DNA of 64,000 bases from Octopus sinensis (GCF_006345805.1 NC_043011.1:23634464-23698463); one strand, 5' to 3'; shown: positions 39,654 to 52,800, counted from the first letter of the stretch. The notes: generated by a model not told the origin, from the letters alone. Made by a program: numbers and translations.

Positions 39654-40354
39654 TATATATTATTTTATTTTGTTCTTTACAACAATGCACACAGTTTTAA
39701 AGTTTTCCTCCTTTACAGATACTCTCTGATATGCACAAAGATAGAGATTGCACTTCATTGCAATCTTTTTATGCCTACTACATAGCCTGTGATCCTTTTA
39801 TCTCTCCTCTTAAGAAGTATAAAAAAAAATTAACTCTTAGGAACAAGAAAAAGATAAGCACCTAATCCAAATAAAATTATACCCACAAAGTGAAGAAGAC
39901 TCTTAAATTTTAAAAGGTAATCTCTTTAGTATACATGATGCAACAAAGAGAGTTCTTACACAGTGCTTAGAAGGGTATAGAGCCATAAAAATAAGCTCTG
40001 CCAAACAAAATACATTTCCAACTGATGACAGTGAGGTAAAGCTATCAATGGATAAGTGACTTACTGTTTCTACAAACACTACTGGCAAAAGAGATGAGAA
40101 ACAGCATCTGTTCTTTAAAACAAAAATAGCATAATTATTTCAGAAAGTTAATGTGGTATTGGAATTTAGAAGGAAAAAAATCCTTCCACACCACTACAAG
40201 AAAACAGATGATTCTTTATTGGCTTATACCTAGATTCTATTGTACATAGTATTTATTTATTGACTATAATGGTACAATGTATCTAAGACAAATTTTAAAA
40301 TAAAATAACATAATGGATATTATATTTTCATTAAACTATTGTTATCAATGAGTC

Positions 40355-40469
40355 ACTGCCATCGTTTTAACATCCACGTTTGCATGGGTCAGACAAATTG
40401 CTGACCGTCACTGTTTACAACCATCATGTCAAGACAAGGCAACAGTAACACACACATGTGCATGCATGC

Positions 40470-40508
<39 letters not shown>

Positions 40509-40895
40509 CACACACACACACACACGAGGGGGTGCTGAAAATTTTCAGGGTTTGGGTAAAAGAAAATACAGGAGTATCAGTTAATTATGATTTTATTCAA
40601 CACATTCCTGTTTCAGATCCACATACTTATTGCAGTGGTCCTTCAGTGTTTCTAAGCCCTGTAAAAAAGAACTCAGAAGGTTGGGCCTTCAACCAAGCCT
40701 TTTGCGATACCCTTAAAGCCAGGAAATTTTCACTCCCATCCCTACCACACACACACACAAGGCTTCTTTCAATTTCTACCAAATCAACTCACATGGTTAT
40801 AGGTCAACCTGGAGCTACAGTAGAATACACTTGCCCAAGGAGCCATGCAGTGGAACTGAACCTGGGACAAAGAGGTTGGAAAGCAATCATCTAAA
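40355..40895 (-). mobile_element. SINE family A (RTE-type tail) interrupted by a MITE
   Basis: Reverse-complement tail ttttaacatccacgtttgcatggg near 40365, core and head remnants at 40760-40895. Confidence 0.65.
40525..40742. mobile_element. Mariner-like MITE with degenerate TIRs
   Basis: Left cgagggggtgctgaaaattttcagggttt; right end reverse complement gggatgggagtgaaaatttcctggcttt; lies inside the SINE CA/TA tract. Confidence 0.6.
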
Positions 40896-41256
40896 CTATA
40901 CCTAGGGCTTTGGGTTGTAGAATCACTAAGAGACTTTTTTTTTTTCGGTGTCTTCAATCATCTGGTGTTAGCTTTTGGCACCGAAAAAGATGCTGTTTAT
41001 AACTGCAGCCAATTGTGGGAATTATGGTTTTCATTTGTTTGAGACATTCACTACATGTTTTCAAAGTAGCACTCCCACATGATACTGAATAAACTATTTT
41101 ACTTGTGTTCATAGAGCTAAACCTAGTACCAAACCAAAAATCGTGTAGAGTGTCATATATTCTCTATTATAAGAACAACATTTCCAGCGAGACTTAAATC
41201 TATTCTATCAATCTACTGACCAAGAATCCAACACCCCAACCACAGAACCAACTCAC

Positions 41257-41375
41257 CTCTATACGACAGGATTAACAAACTAACCTTTATCAGGGAAATA
41301 TTTGAATTGCTTGTCAAAACACAGTTTATATCCTGTGATATTTTGACCGATATTTCAGCTATTGTTTCCAATTTT
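41257..41375 (-). CDS. Isolated candidate exon (KLETIAEISVKISQDINCVL...LSYR)
   Basis: Consensus donor GAG|gtgagt, open 39 codons, modest acceptor. Confidence 0.2.
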
Positions 41376-41408
41376 CTTCAAGCATAAAACATGCAGCTTG
41401 AGTGTAAG

Positions 41409-41455
<47 letters not shown>

Positions 41456-41976
41456 TCAGACAGAAAAAATATAATATAAATATTGTACCATACAAATATT
41501 CAATTGAAAGAGAACTCTTTACAAGTGGCACATATATATGTGTGTCAATAAAAAGAAAGTAAATAGCAATCAATAACAGCTCAACTACCGTCAGAAAAGG
41601 TAATTTGGCATGCAATCCAAGTGAGTAAGACTTTAAATATATCTTCCTGTGATAAATGGCTGCGAAAACATGTTAAATTTTAGTCAACAGTCATTAAAGA
41701 CACAACGCAAGTAGCTTTTACAACTTTAATTATTGCAGTTGTTTAGCTTGAGGTGAGATCCGACAGAGCAGATTTATGATGAGAGGCATTCCAGCAATGA
41801 TCCTCTCATCTTTTTGTATATTCATATCTGTACCAATTTGATATATTCTTTGACTTTTTTCAAATGGCTCGAGTGCAATTTCAAGGGAGATATGACAAAT
41901 ATGTCTAGTGGGTCAAGTGATAGTATACTAGTCTGAAGAAGGCATTTCATGTTCAACATCTGAAGATACTGGGGTT

Positions 41977-42363
41977 TTTACTCTTTTACTTGTTTCACTC
42001 ATTTGACTGTGGCCATGCTGGAGTACCACCTTTAGTCGAAGAAATCGACCCCAGGACTTATTCTTTGTAAGCCTAGTACTTATTCTATTGGGCTCTTTTG
42101 CCGAACTGCTAGGTTACAGGGACGTAAATGCAACAGCATTAGTTGGCAAGTGATGTTGGGTGACAAACACAGACACACAAACATACACACACACACACAC
42201 GAAGGGCTTCTTTCAGTTTCCGTCTACCAAATCCACTCACAAAGTTTTGGTTGGCCTGAAGCTATAGTAGAAGACACTTGCCCAAGGTGCCACGCAGTGG
42301 GACTGAACCCGGCACCATGTGGTTGGTAAGCAAGCTACTTACCACACAGCCACTCTTGCACCT
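41977..42363 (-). mobile_element. SINE family A, full length, CR1-tail subtype (best-preserved copy)
   Basis: Head gagtggctgtgtggtaagtagc...gggttcagtccc, core, (TG)n, tail ggtggtactccagcatggccacagtcaaatgagtgaaacaagtaaaagag. Confidence 0.9.
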
Positions 42364-42584
42364 ATGTGTGTTTTTTTTTGGGGGGGGGGTAACCCTAGGC
42401 TGTGAGAGACTTCTGCATGTTTCCAGTTATGGGAAGTAAAGATGAGATAGATATAACACACAAGATTGTACATGGGAGAGAAATAATAGAGATTACAAAA
42501 GAAAAAATGAGTGGATACACTTAGTAGCTTCAAAAAAAGCAGCACAAAGTTTGCTAATTCAGAGTAGTGATTTGCCTTCTTTTT

Positions 42585-42905
42585 ACTTGTTTCAGTCATT
42601 AGACTACAGCCATGCTGGGGCACCACCTCAAAGAGTTTAATCAAACAAATTAACCCCAGTACTTAATTTTTTAAGTCTGGTATTTATTCTATTGATCTCT
42701 TTTGCTGAAGTTACAGGGACATAAACAAACCAACACCATTGTCAAGTAGTGGTAAAGACAAACACACGACAAGATTTCACATAGTTTCTGTCTGCCAAAT
42801 TCACTTACATGACACTGGTTGGCCCAAGGCTATAGAAGACACTTTTACCAAAGAGTGGGACTAAACCCAAAACCAGCAAAGTGAGCTTCTTAAACACAAT
42901 GCTAT
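42585..42905 (-). mobile_element. SINE family A, CR1-tail subtype
   Basis: Reverse-complement tail tacttgtttcagtcattagactacagccatgctgggg. Confidence 0.75.
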
Positions 42906-43213
42906 GCCCATGCTCTATTGACTTTTTTTTTTTATGAATTAGAAAAGGGACAGCACCTGTGATATTTTCATACCTTTCTAAATAGTAAGACTGATATAGC
43001 TTATGTTCAGTTTGATCTTCTACAGAATAACATTTATAGGGGGGGGGGGTGAAGTGGAAATTTCACAAGAAATAGGACAAAATGTTTAGTGCTGCTTTTC
43101 AGAAGATGAGATAGTGCAATGGATGGTGGGTTGAAGAACTGCAATACAATTAAATAACTATAGTAGTGTTAGAAGAGACAGAGAACAGTATGGTTGTGGA
43201 TTGATGGTGTTAA

Positions 43214-43434
43214 CCCTTTCGTTCCTATATTTTTTTTGAGATGCTCTGTTTTTCTCTCAATTATTTTAAATAGAACAAAGAATTTAGTGAAATAACTTAG
43301 TTATCATTAAGCTAGTGTTAGGAACATTAATTGTGACTAAGGTTTGGTGAAAGATTTTGGTTCAAAATTTGTGAAAACAAAACATTTGTACCACAGTGTC
43401 AGAGGCGGTTTCAGCTGTGTTGGTAACGAAAGGG
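43214..43434. mobile_element. piggyBac-like MITE (family P2), 221 bp
   Basis: TTAA|CCCTTTCGTT...AACGAAAGGG|TTTAA; internal sequence unrelated to family P1. Confidence 0.75.
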
Positions 43435-44439
43435 TTTAAGAGTTGATTAGTGCATCTTTGGCCATCAACAAAATGGCTTTCTTTCAAATGTAGTTCAATA
43501 TCCAGGAAACTATCTGCAATGCCAGTGACTGTTTTATTCATTGTTTCCTATATATCAGAGGAGATAAATCTTGTTTAGACATGTGGTTGGCTATGAGTAC
43601 ATGCCATTGATAAGACCTAGGTCATAATGTATCAGGCATTCTCACTGACCACTGCTGAGATAATTTTCATCTCACTTTGATATATATTGTGTTTATAAAT
43701 ATGTCCATGAGAATGTTGTCTCTGGACAAATACCACAGTAACATGCCAATCAACAATGTATTATATACATATGGCTATTTGTAGTTTAAGATGGTTGTGT
43801 GTAGCAGCAGTTTCATCTCAAATGTATAAACAGTCTGCTATTATAAAAAATTGTGCACATTTCAACTAACTACGTAATACTGTTCATATATTTTTGATAT
43901 GCATTTGTACAAATTTCTATAAGCACAAACATGACAAATTAACAAAAACACCACAAACTTGCTTTTGATGAACTGTAATATGTAATGAACAGCTATTGAA
44001 ACCTGCAGTTGCATTAAAGCAATCAGAAGTTATGATTAAATGACATAGCACTAAGTGTTTCCACAGCATTTTCTCATTTTGTTTGGAGAAGGGAGTATAT
44101 CTTATTTTTTAGAAAAGAAATAACAATGTGAAGTTTGAAGATTAAGCAGTGATAAGACAACTTTAAGTCTGATACAGGATGTAGCGTGCACTGAGTTAGC
44201 CAATCAAATATAATCTGATTTGGTTTTTTTTCTCTGTTTTTATTGTATTCATCATACAAAAGGTTCTGATGTTTGAAGTATTAATATACTTTGACTCATT
44301 ATTTTTCATCAAGTACAAGTCTTAGACTTACTTAAATTGCAAGTAATAATTTTTTCATACTGTACCAACATATATATATTTTGTATTCACTAACATTTTT
44401 GATAAGTTAAAACAACTAGAAACAACCAACTAATGGACC

Positions 44440-45710
44440 AAATAATGAAAGCAACAACTGATTAGGAAGAGAATTAGATGTAATGAAGTTTGGATTTGTG
44501 GCAAGACAATGAACTACCAAAGGACTTTGTGCAAGTGAGACAACTGCAAAGCTCTTAGATAAGAATAAACCACTATACCTATCATTCATCAACCTGGAGA
44601 AGATTTCTAAGTACCTCACTCTGTAGTATGGTGGTTGCTAAAAAAAAATAGCTGTAGATGAATGGATTGAGAGCCATGAAAGCCATATACAGAGATATTG
44701 TCAACAAGAAGAAAATTGGCAATGAATTCAGAAAGAAATTTTAGGTACAGGTAAGTGTTTGTCAGGGCTTGGTTCTAAGCTCCAACTGTTCATTTACTAC
44801 ATTTCCAGGATATAACAGAAGAATCTCAAACTAACTGGACATAGGAATCTTTCATCACTCAATCTCTCAGAGATATAAAGAAATTCCAAATGTGGAAGCA
44901 AAGCTTAAAATTGAGATACCTCAAAGTAAATCTAGCAAAAACAAAATTTTTAATCAGTATGAAAGATGACAAAACTCCTCTGTGAAATGGCATGATTGAT
45001 ATACTGAAAGTAGTAAAAAATCTATCTTGTGTATTCAGTCTAATTTATGGGTGCACAAGAAGTGCAGTAAGATCACAGCAGGCTGACAGGGATGAAAGAC
45101 TTTGTACAGAGATGCACAGGACTAGTTATCAGTAAGAATGCCAATAAAATAACTCTTTTCAAATGCATGGAAGGCTCCACAGATATTGTTAACAGCTTCT
45201 GTTACCTAGGTGACCTTAATAACCATTGGAAATAGCTGTACTAAAAGTAGAGAAGAAAGAGAAAAAAAACAGAGTGGAAGAAGTTTAAGAATCTATAACT
45301 TCTGCTGGTGACAAAGCATTCTTCCTATGGGTGGAAGACAGATTGTATGATGCAGTAAACCATGGACATTGAATGTGGAGGGTGTGAAAAAACTGCAAAA
45401 ATTTTTTTTTAAAAAAGAGGCTAGCAAGCCCCTTCAGATATATGGTGTTGTCCACGAATGAAAGAATATAAATAAACAGAAAAAACAAACTGGATATAAA
45501 AAGAATCAGATGTAATGTGCAAGAGATAAGTAGAGGAAAGAAGTGCCAAATGATCCAAATGGGAAAAGATTGAGGAAGACACAAGAAAAAAGTGGTGAAA
45601 GCTGATCAAGAAGCTGAATATGACAAAGGATTACTATAGTGGTGAGAGATTGTACTGGAGAAAACCCATCAAATTTGTGTAAGCGTGTTAAAAAACGGAT
45701 GTAAAAAAAA
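44440..45710 (+). mobile_element. Heavily decayed RTE-clade LINE, RT to 3' end
   Basis: Remnants of FGFV, KPLYL.F..LEK, QG.VLS, YLGDL motifs and ATG-repeat tail near 45712. Confidence 0.7.
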
Positions 45711-46408
45711 AATGATGATGTTTATGATTACGGCTAAACTGTGCTTCTTCTGAAGATACCCGTCAATGCTAAAACATTCCCACAATTGTCTCCCATATTT
45801 GTCAGAAGTGAAAGATATCAGTTATTGACTAATATTTTTCTCATGCACATTTGATCCTTCTCCAGGTTTTCGATATTCCAGGCATTAAATATGCATTTAC
45901 CGATTTAACCTTTCAAACATTAATAAAGGTGCGCCAAATATACAAATATTTCTTTCATAGCAACATATGGTTACTCACATTAAATTTTACATATGAAACT
46001 ATTAATTACACCTATCTGAATAACTATTGATTAGCATAGCATCTAACCCAAATTCATCCTGCACAGTCACAAAACAAGTTGAATATGAAATAAAACAAGA
46101 GACTGATTCTTATTTGAACAACTAATCAAACTTCATACTATTGATACAAACATTTACCACTAGGCTTCGGTATCAAAGCAACTGGATGCAAATAGTAAAA
46201 AGGGAGAGAGAACTTTATATTCACTTTATAATGTTACAAGTGCTGAAGTTGGCAGGTTTTTCAAAGTTCCTATGATGCAATATTATGAACTGGGAATAAC
46301 GACTTCCTAGATGGGTCATAAAAAAGAAAAATGGGCAAATGAAAATGTAAAGATATTACAGAGTCAGTTTGCTAGATTTTCAGTCAATAATTCATTAGTA
46401 TTTGTTAC

Positions 46409-46497
46409 CACTCCTATGAATGAGTAATTTAACTCATGAAGTCCTGTACTGCAGATATCCACATGTATCACCAATCCTGAACTGCAGGAAATGGTAG
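46409..46497 (-). CDS. Isolated candidate exon (TISCSSGLVIHVDICSTGLHELNYSFIGV)
   Basis: aatactatttcag| ... GTG|gtaaca; 89 nt, single open frame. Confidence 0.2.
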
Positions 46498-47911
46498 CTG
46501 AAATAGTATTGTTTTTTCAGTGGTAAAAATCTTCTGTGCAAGAAACAAAATTTAACCTAATTTTAGAAAGAACCTGCTACAAAGGACTTCCTGTTTACAC
46601 TGAGTGTGTGTGCGTGCATGCATGTGTGTTTTATTAAGGAAGTTTCCCTGAATTTTTCTCTCTTCAATTTGCCAGCTTAATAGTGGCTAATACTTAAAGC
46701 AGTGAACTACATTTTGGTGAGATTATTTATTAATGATTAATTTATTGTTATTTATTTATCATGGAATCCATGCACATGGATCAATATCTTGTAAAAATAG
46801 TTGAAAACATATGTCATCCACTGTATTCAACCTACTGTGGAAGGTGAAAGGACATGGTAACAGGTAAAAATCACATTCACAGGATACACCAATGATCATT
46901 ACATAGTACCAGAATATTTTGATTAAATTGATGTATTAGTTATCCTGTCAATATTTTTATACTGGATTAACTGCATTTTATCAAAATCTCTAACAGGAAA
47001 GATTTATATGGAGAAAGTACCACAATAGTTCATGAAAATGCACACCCCAGCAAAAAAAAAAAAAAGGTAGTTCATGAAATAGCTACCCTAAATCTTAAAT
47101 TTCCCATTTACAAAAAAGTTTGCAAAATAAAATGTCCATCAGAAGTAGTGCAACACAATTAAGCTTCATTCAAAATTAATCCTCTTCATAGACAGATCAT
47201 AATCCTTAAGGTTAGTGCTTTAACCTGATCCCTGTAACATTAAGCAGACGAAAGGTAAAATTATACCTGGATAAGATGTAAGCATATTGCAGGTAATTTG
47301 CCTATAAAAAAGACAGGTACTAATTCTTCAGAGTTAGATGAAAAGAGGCACACAATTCTATATTTTGTCCAGAGTTACTTTAAAAAGCCAGCAGTAGATA
47401 CAAACTCATGAGTTTTTAATAATTAGTGATCTAATATCTCAGAAACCACCGTGTAGGTGATACAGAAAATATCACTGAGAAGGAAAACATCTAATACATC
47501 AAAGATCAAAGCACAATGCCTATGAAGACTTCTGACTATATGGTCATAGGTTCAAATTTTACTAAAGCTAATTTATTGTGCTCCTGAACAAAGAATCAAT
47601 GCTTACTGTTGTTTGACTTACAGGAAACAAGTTCTATTCTTTAAAAACAGATGTTCTAATAAAAACAAATAAAAAAACATTATCTTACAAAACCATGGAA
47701 CAAGACAGAAAACAAAATTGAAGAAGTATTAGCTTATCTCACATACAAAATATTTTTCTTAGCATCAGTAGAGAAATTATGAATTAATCATTGTCTCTAA
47801 TAATGAGGTAAATGAAAACAAATGTTAACTAAAGTAGTAGCAAGCATCACACTCAATAAGCTAGGAGCCTTAGCTTATACAATAACATTGTATGAATTTA
47901 ATAGTGTCTAC

Positions 47912-48088
47912 CTTAGTGCCTTGAAAACGTAACTTATTCAACTTGTGCTTATTTAGCTCCCCAAAAATCAATTTATTTTCATTAGTCAAAAGGGAATATT
48001 TACCAAGGAGAGGATATGCAGTTAAAAAAAAATTCAACCTTAAAATAGCTAGGTTTTCAACACTGAATGGACAAACCAATGAAGGAAC
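47912..48088 (-). CDS. Isolated candidate exon (VPSLVCPFSVENLAILRLNFFL...RFQGTK)
   Basis: 177 nt open, phase 0/0, donor AAG|gtagac. Confidence 0.2.
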
Positions 48089-48464
48089 CTATATGATGAT
48101 CAATCTGCAGAAAGTAACAAACGAACCTCCCTCTTATTGTACCTAACATCTTAAATAAGAAAAAGATGAATTTGAAATTTATAAGTACCTAGATAATCCA
48201 ATTAGAATAAAAATATATCTAAATTAAGAACAGATAAGAAATCAGAGAAAAAGGATAATTAAACATAATTAAGAATAAAAGAGAATTAAATTAAAAGCAA
48301 TTATAATATTATAACAAGGATAAAGCAAAATGTTCTAGAATATTTATGCCAATAGTGAATAACAACATCATGCTCTTCGTTAAATCATTAAGAACAGTTA
48401 GCTCTTAATAGCTGTAGTGTTTTCATTTATACAAAGAAGGCTATCTTTCTTCTCTCCTTTGCAC

Positions 48465-48660
48465 TGCTTAGCAGTATTTCGTCTGTCTTTACGTTCTGAG
48501 GTCAAATTCCGTCGAGGCCGACTTTGCCTTTCATCCTTTCAGGGTTGATAAATTAAGTACCAGTTACGCACTGGGGTCGATGTAATCAACTTAATCCATT
48601 TGCCTGTCCTTGTTTGTCCCCTCTGTGTGTAGCCCCTTGTGGGCAGTAAAGAAATAGGAA
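48465..48660 (+). mobile_element. SINE family B with alternative tail
   Basis: gaggtcaaattcc B-box-like, ctttgcctttcatcctttcagggttgataaattaagtaccag core, tail cccttgtgggcagtaaagaaatag. Confidence 0.8.
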
Positions 48661-48679
48661 TTTAAGAAAAACCATGTGA

Positions 48680-48930
48680 AGGCAAGTGGCTTAGTGATTA
48701 GGGGTATTCAGCTCATGATCATAAGGTCTTGAGTTTGATACCAAGCAGCATGTTATGTCCTTGAGCAAGATACTTTATTTCAAAGGACCAGCCTTGTCAC
48801 AGTGAATTTCCTTGAGAACTACATACATTAAGAGTATGCCTGTCCGTATAGCACACATCAATTTCATGAGAAAGCTGTTCTGATGATTGGATCAACAGGA
48901 ACACTCGTCATAACCAATAGGATACCAGTT
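48680..48930 (+). mobile_element. tRNA-headed SINE of a further family
   Basis: tggcttagtgattag, gagtttgatacc, core tgtccttgagcaagatacttta. Confidence 0.55.
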
Positions 48931-49504
48931 AAAAGCAGATCATTCTAAGTTAATATTTAGACATTTGTATTTTAGACTAATATATAATCATGTTGAATTG
49001 TTAAGATTTTCATTAGAGAACAACTTACAATGCAAAAATCATTTTTCATTTTATTTTTGATAGAGCCTATGAATTGTGAGTTCATATTACATGTTTATAC
49101 ACTTCATTATTATGCTGACAATTACCCTTTAGTGGGCAATTATAAACTACTCAACACTGAAACATTGTATTATTAGATTTATATTTAGAATTTTGGACTT
49201 TTACAAGTTTGGGGACACTCACATTAGACCAGTATTCATGTTACATGAGTGTTATATGCAGCTTCAGGTATTACGTAGCTTTCTTTTACTGGGGTCGATT
49301 TAATCAACTGGCCCCTCCACAAAAATTTGGGCCTTGTGCCTAGAGTAGAAAAGTTTTTCTTTTGACCAAAGATTATTGCTTTGCACTCCCTCCAGAGAAG
49401 TTGTGTTGAAAGTAACTTCTAGTTCAACTTCATAATTGTAGTTAGTACTAACAATGATAACTTAGCAGTATACAGGAACTCCTCTTACGTGGTTTCAACA
49501 CTTT

Positions 49505-49975
49505 TGGAGTTTACACAGTTTCTTGAGTGTAACCAGCCCATTTAAAAAGTACCTTTGAATCGTCAAGCGACACGCCATGCTTGAGGGGACCTGCTGACTC
49601 TAGTAAAATCAAAATCAGATCGAAATCAAAAATGGAAATTGTGGTTGTAGCCGATGCCAGTGCCATGCAATAAACACCATTTATGCATGGGTCATTGCCA
49701 GTGCCGCCTGACTGGCTCCCCGTGCCAGTGACATGTAAAAAGCACCATCCAAACGTGGCCGATGCCAGCACTCCTGCCCCAACTGGCTCCTGTGCCAGTA
49801 GCACATGAAAAGCACCATCTGAACATAGCTGATGCCAGTGCCGCCTGACTGGCTCCCATGCCAATGGCATGTAAAAAGCACCCACTACACTCTTGGAGTG
49901 GTTGGTGTTAGGAAGGGCATTCAGCCATAGAAACATTGCCAGAAAACGGACATTAAACAATGATGATGATGATAA
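49505..49975 (+). mobile_element. RTE-type LINE 3' UTR fragment with about 4 repeat units and (GAT)n tail
   Basis: Homologous to 1020-1385 and 61090-61600; ends aaaacggacattaaacaatgatgatgatgat. Confidence 0.8.
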
Positions 49976-49989
49976 GATAAATTTCATAC

Positions 49990-50390
49990 AGCATAGGTGC
50001 AAGTGTAGCTTTGTGATTAAGAAGCTTGCTTCCCAACCAGGTGGTCTCAAGTTCAATTTATGTCACAAATTTGGCAAGTGTCTTCTATTGCCTTGGGCTG
50101 TCCACAGCTTTTTGAGTAGATTTGGTACACAGAAACTGAAAGAAGCCTGTTATGTGCAAGCATGTGTGTGTGTGTGTGTGTGTGTACATGTGTGCACATG
50201 CTCCTTTGAGATGGTTGTAAATAAATATCACCATCATAAAAGAAATACTGTTTATTTCAAGTCTTCCATGGAAAAACATGTCTGCTTATGGAAAACATTA
50301 CCATGTTTGGTAGGTGATAGAGAGGGCATCCATCTGAGCCATGCAAGCATGGAAAAGTGGATGTTAGATGATGACAGTGTTATGTAAAAA
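49990..50390 (+). mobile_element. SINE family A, full length, RTE-tail subtype
   Basis: Head tgtagctttgtgattaagaagc; tail hairpin CCATGC-aa-GCATGG at 50339-50352 then aaaagtggatgttagatgatga. Confidence 0.85.
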
Positions 50391-50586
50391 AAAATTTCTA
50401 ATTTCATAGCAAACATATTTCATAACCATATCAACAGCTAATGGTGGAAGCCCTCATCATTTCAGTTTTTTTACCCCTCTTCATGACATCACTTACTTTT
50501 CCATAATATTCAGAATATTTTTCCTATTAGCAATGCGTAAGAGGAAAAAATGAAAGCAAAAATGACTGCATTGAAAAAAAAAGCAA

Positions 50587-51360
50587 AAAGCTTTCATTTT
50601 AGATAAGAAACCTGAAATAGTTAAAAGTAATAACGGTATTAGAAAATCAGGGATTGTCTACTCATTTGAAATGAATAAGGCAATTGTATGCAAACTGAAG
50701 ATAAAAGAACAGACAGCTTCAAAGGCAATGCAATTGACTCAAAATTGGAATAAGATTATTGAAATGGAATGCTTATTACTGCAATCAGAGCCACATTGCA
50801 CTGAGTACCTACAGTATTAAATCAAAAGCTTTGAGCATAGTTTCAACCTTAAATGGATACAATGAAGCAGCTTCCTAGAGAGTCGTTTCAGGTTCAGTTC
50901 CACTGCAAAGCACCTTGAGCAAGTGTCTTCTATTGCAGCATAGGCCAACTAAAGCCTTGTGAATAGACTTGGTAGACAGTAGATGGAAACTGAAAGAAAT
51001 CTTTTTGTGTGGGTGTGGGGAGGGGGGAATCCTCCTTGTCTTGATGCAATAGTATAAATATGTCACCATGATGCAAATAATGTTTCCAATTTCTCATAGA
51101 AACATGTTTCTTTCAACGAATTCCATCTGACCCAAGTCAACATGGAAAAGTGGATGTCAAAATGATGATGATGATGATGCAGTGAACTCTGCGTCGTTTA
51201 AACTCTAGAAATCAAGGAATTCTAAGTAAATCTCTCTGTGCTCATAAAGAAGCTGCCAAAAAGATTTTAACTAGAATTTCAAAGGTTTAGAGAAGAAGAA
51301 AGCTATACTGACAGTCAGATCTTCAATGATGATGAGATTGCTTTTTATTTTGAAAGTACA
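50587..51360 (+). pseudogene. pogo/Tigger-type transposase remnant, split by a SINE
   Basis: KAFILDKKPEIVK..GIRKS...FEMN (CENP-B-like HTH), IIEMECLL, and after the SINE EEESYTDSQIFNDDE (QIFNxDE motif). Confidence 0.6.
50870..51180 (+). mobile_element. SINE family A, RTE-tail subtype
   Basis: caggttcagttcc, caccttgagcaagtgtcttcta, tail catggaaaagtggatgtcaaaatgatgatgat. Confidence 0.8.
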
Positions 51361-51702
51361 AACAAAAAAATATTCTTGTTAAAAAAACAAATTCATGAAA
51401 TGATTGGCAATGCAATGAGCCACGACAGGAGATATTTTGAACAGAAAGCAGGAGAGTATTCAAACTTCTTTAGATAATTTTTTCTTGAAAAAAGAACTAA
51501 ATGTTAGAACAATAAATTTATACAGGTAGTGGTTAGCAATTATAGGGAAGGCAATCCCTTCTAGATGAAGTTAAAATGAGACAGGTTTGGAAGTTTTAAC
51601 TTGTTTCCTTTCTTTTTAGTAAGTAGTTAAGGAGAAATACATTTAAAAAGTGATTTTGAAAGAAAGAGCTAGATGATTCACAATATTTTACGCCTTTTAT
51701 CA

Positions 51703-52048
51703 TTTACTTGTTTCAGTCATTTGACTGTGGCCATGCTGGGTCACCACTTTCAAGGGCTTTAGTCAAACAAATCGACTCCAGGACTAATTTTAAGCCTCAT
51801 ACTTATTCTATTGGTCTCTTTTGTTACGAGGATGTAAACACACCAACAGCAGTTGTCAAGTGGTTGGAGAGGAACAAACACGCACACACATGACAGGCTT
51901 CTTTCAGTTTCCATCTACCAAATTCACTCACAAAGCTTTGGTTGGCCCAAGGCTATAACAGAATACACTTGCTAAAGGTTCCATGCAGTAGGAAGGAACC
52001 TGGAACGATCTGGTTAGGAAGCAAGCTTCTTATCCCACAGCCATACCT
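51703..52048 (-). mobile_element. SINE family A, CR1-tail subtype
   Basis: Reverse-complement tail tacttgtttcagtcatttgactgtggccatgctggg; head ends cacagccatacctgc. Confidence 0.8.
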
Positions 52049-52267
52049 GCAATTCAATTTACACTTTTATTTCATTTACCAGATGACTTCAAAGGGATTG
52101 CTTAATTGTATTGAGCAAGGGATACCTGGATATATTTTCTCTGGGTACAGAAAACGTGAAATCTTATCCTATTAAACCCTTACCGAAAGGTTTTATATAT
52201 GTGTATATGTGTGTGTGTATATATCATATGTATATATAGGGGCAGGCATGTATATCTTTTATATATA

Positions 52268-52800
52268 TAGGTGCAAGTGTTGCTGTGTGGTAAGAAGCTT
52301 GCTTCCCAACCATATAGTTCCAGGTTCAGTCCCGCTGCATGACACCTTGGGGTACTGTCTTCTACTATAGCCTTGTGAGTGGCTTTGGTGGACTGAAACT
52401 GAAAGAAGCCCATCGTGTATATGTATATACAGGGTGCGACAGAAAGGTTGTCCTGATTTCAAAGGTTAATAAAAAAGATTTTTTTTGCTTCTGTTTCAGG
52501 TAGTACCCACCATGGCCTGGAATGGAGAGCATCATTTTTGCTTGTATTTTCATGTGTTTTGTTTTTTTATTAACCTCTGAAATTGGAGCAACCATTCTGC
52601 TGTAACATCTGTGTGTATCTTTGTATTTGTGTTTGTCCCTCCATCACCACTTGACAACCAGTGTTGGCAAAAAGAAACCAATAGAATAAGTGCTGGGCAT
52701 AACAAATAAGTCCTGGGGTCATTCTCTTCAACTAAAGCTCTTTAGTGCAGTGCTCCAGCATGGCCACAGTCAAATGACTGAAACAAGTAAAAAAGTAAAA
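52268..52800 (+). mobile_element. SINE family A, CR1-tail subtype, interrupted by a MITE
   Basis: Head tgctgtgtggtaagaagc; tail hairpin CAGTC-aaat-GACTG at 52767-52780. Confidence 0.85.
52430..52611. mobile_element. Tc1/mariner-type MITE, 182 bp
   Basis: TA|cagggtgcgacagaaaggttgtcctgatttcaaaggttaataaaaaa versus right reverse complement cagatgttacagcagaatggttgctccaatttcagaggttaataaaaaa. Confidence 0.65.

Noticed and set aside
42290-42363. SINE heads as tRNA genes
   Set aside because: A/B-box-like motifs only; no complete cloverleaf, and each continues into SINE body.
43440-43830. Protein-like minus-strand fragment (TVTGIADSFLDIELHLKESHFVDG)
   Set aside because: Multiple stops, no recognisable family motif; cannot be supported as gene or TE.
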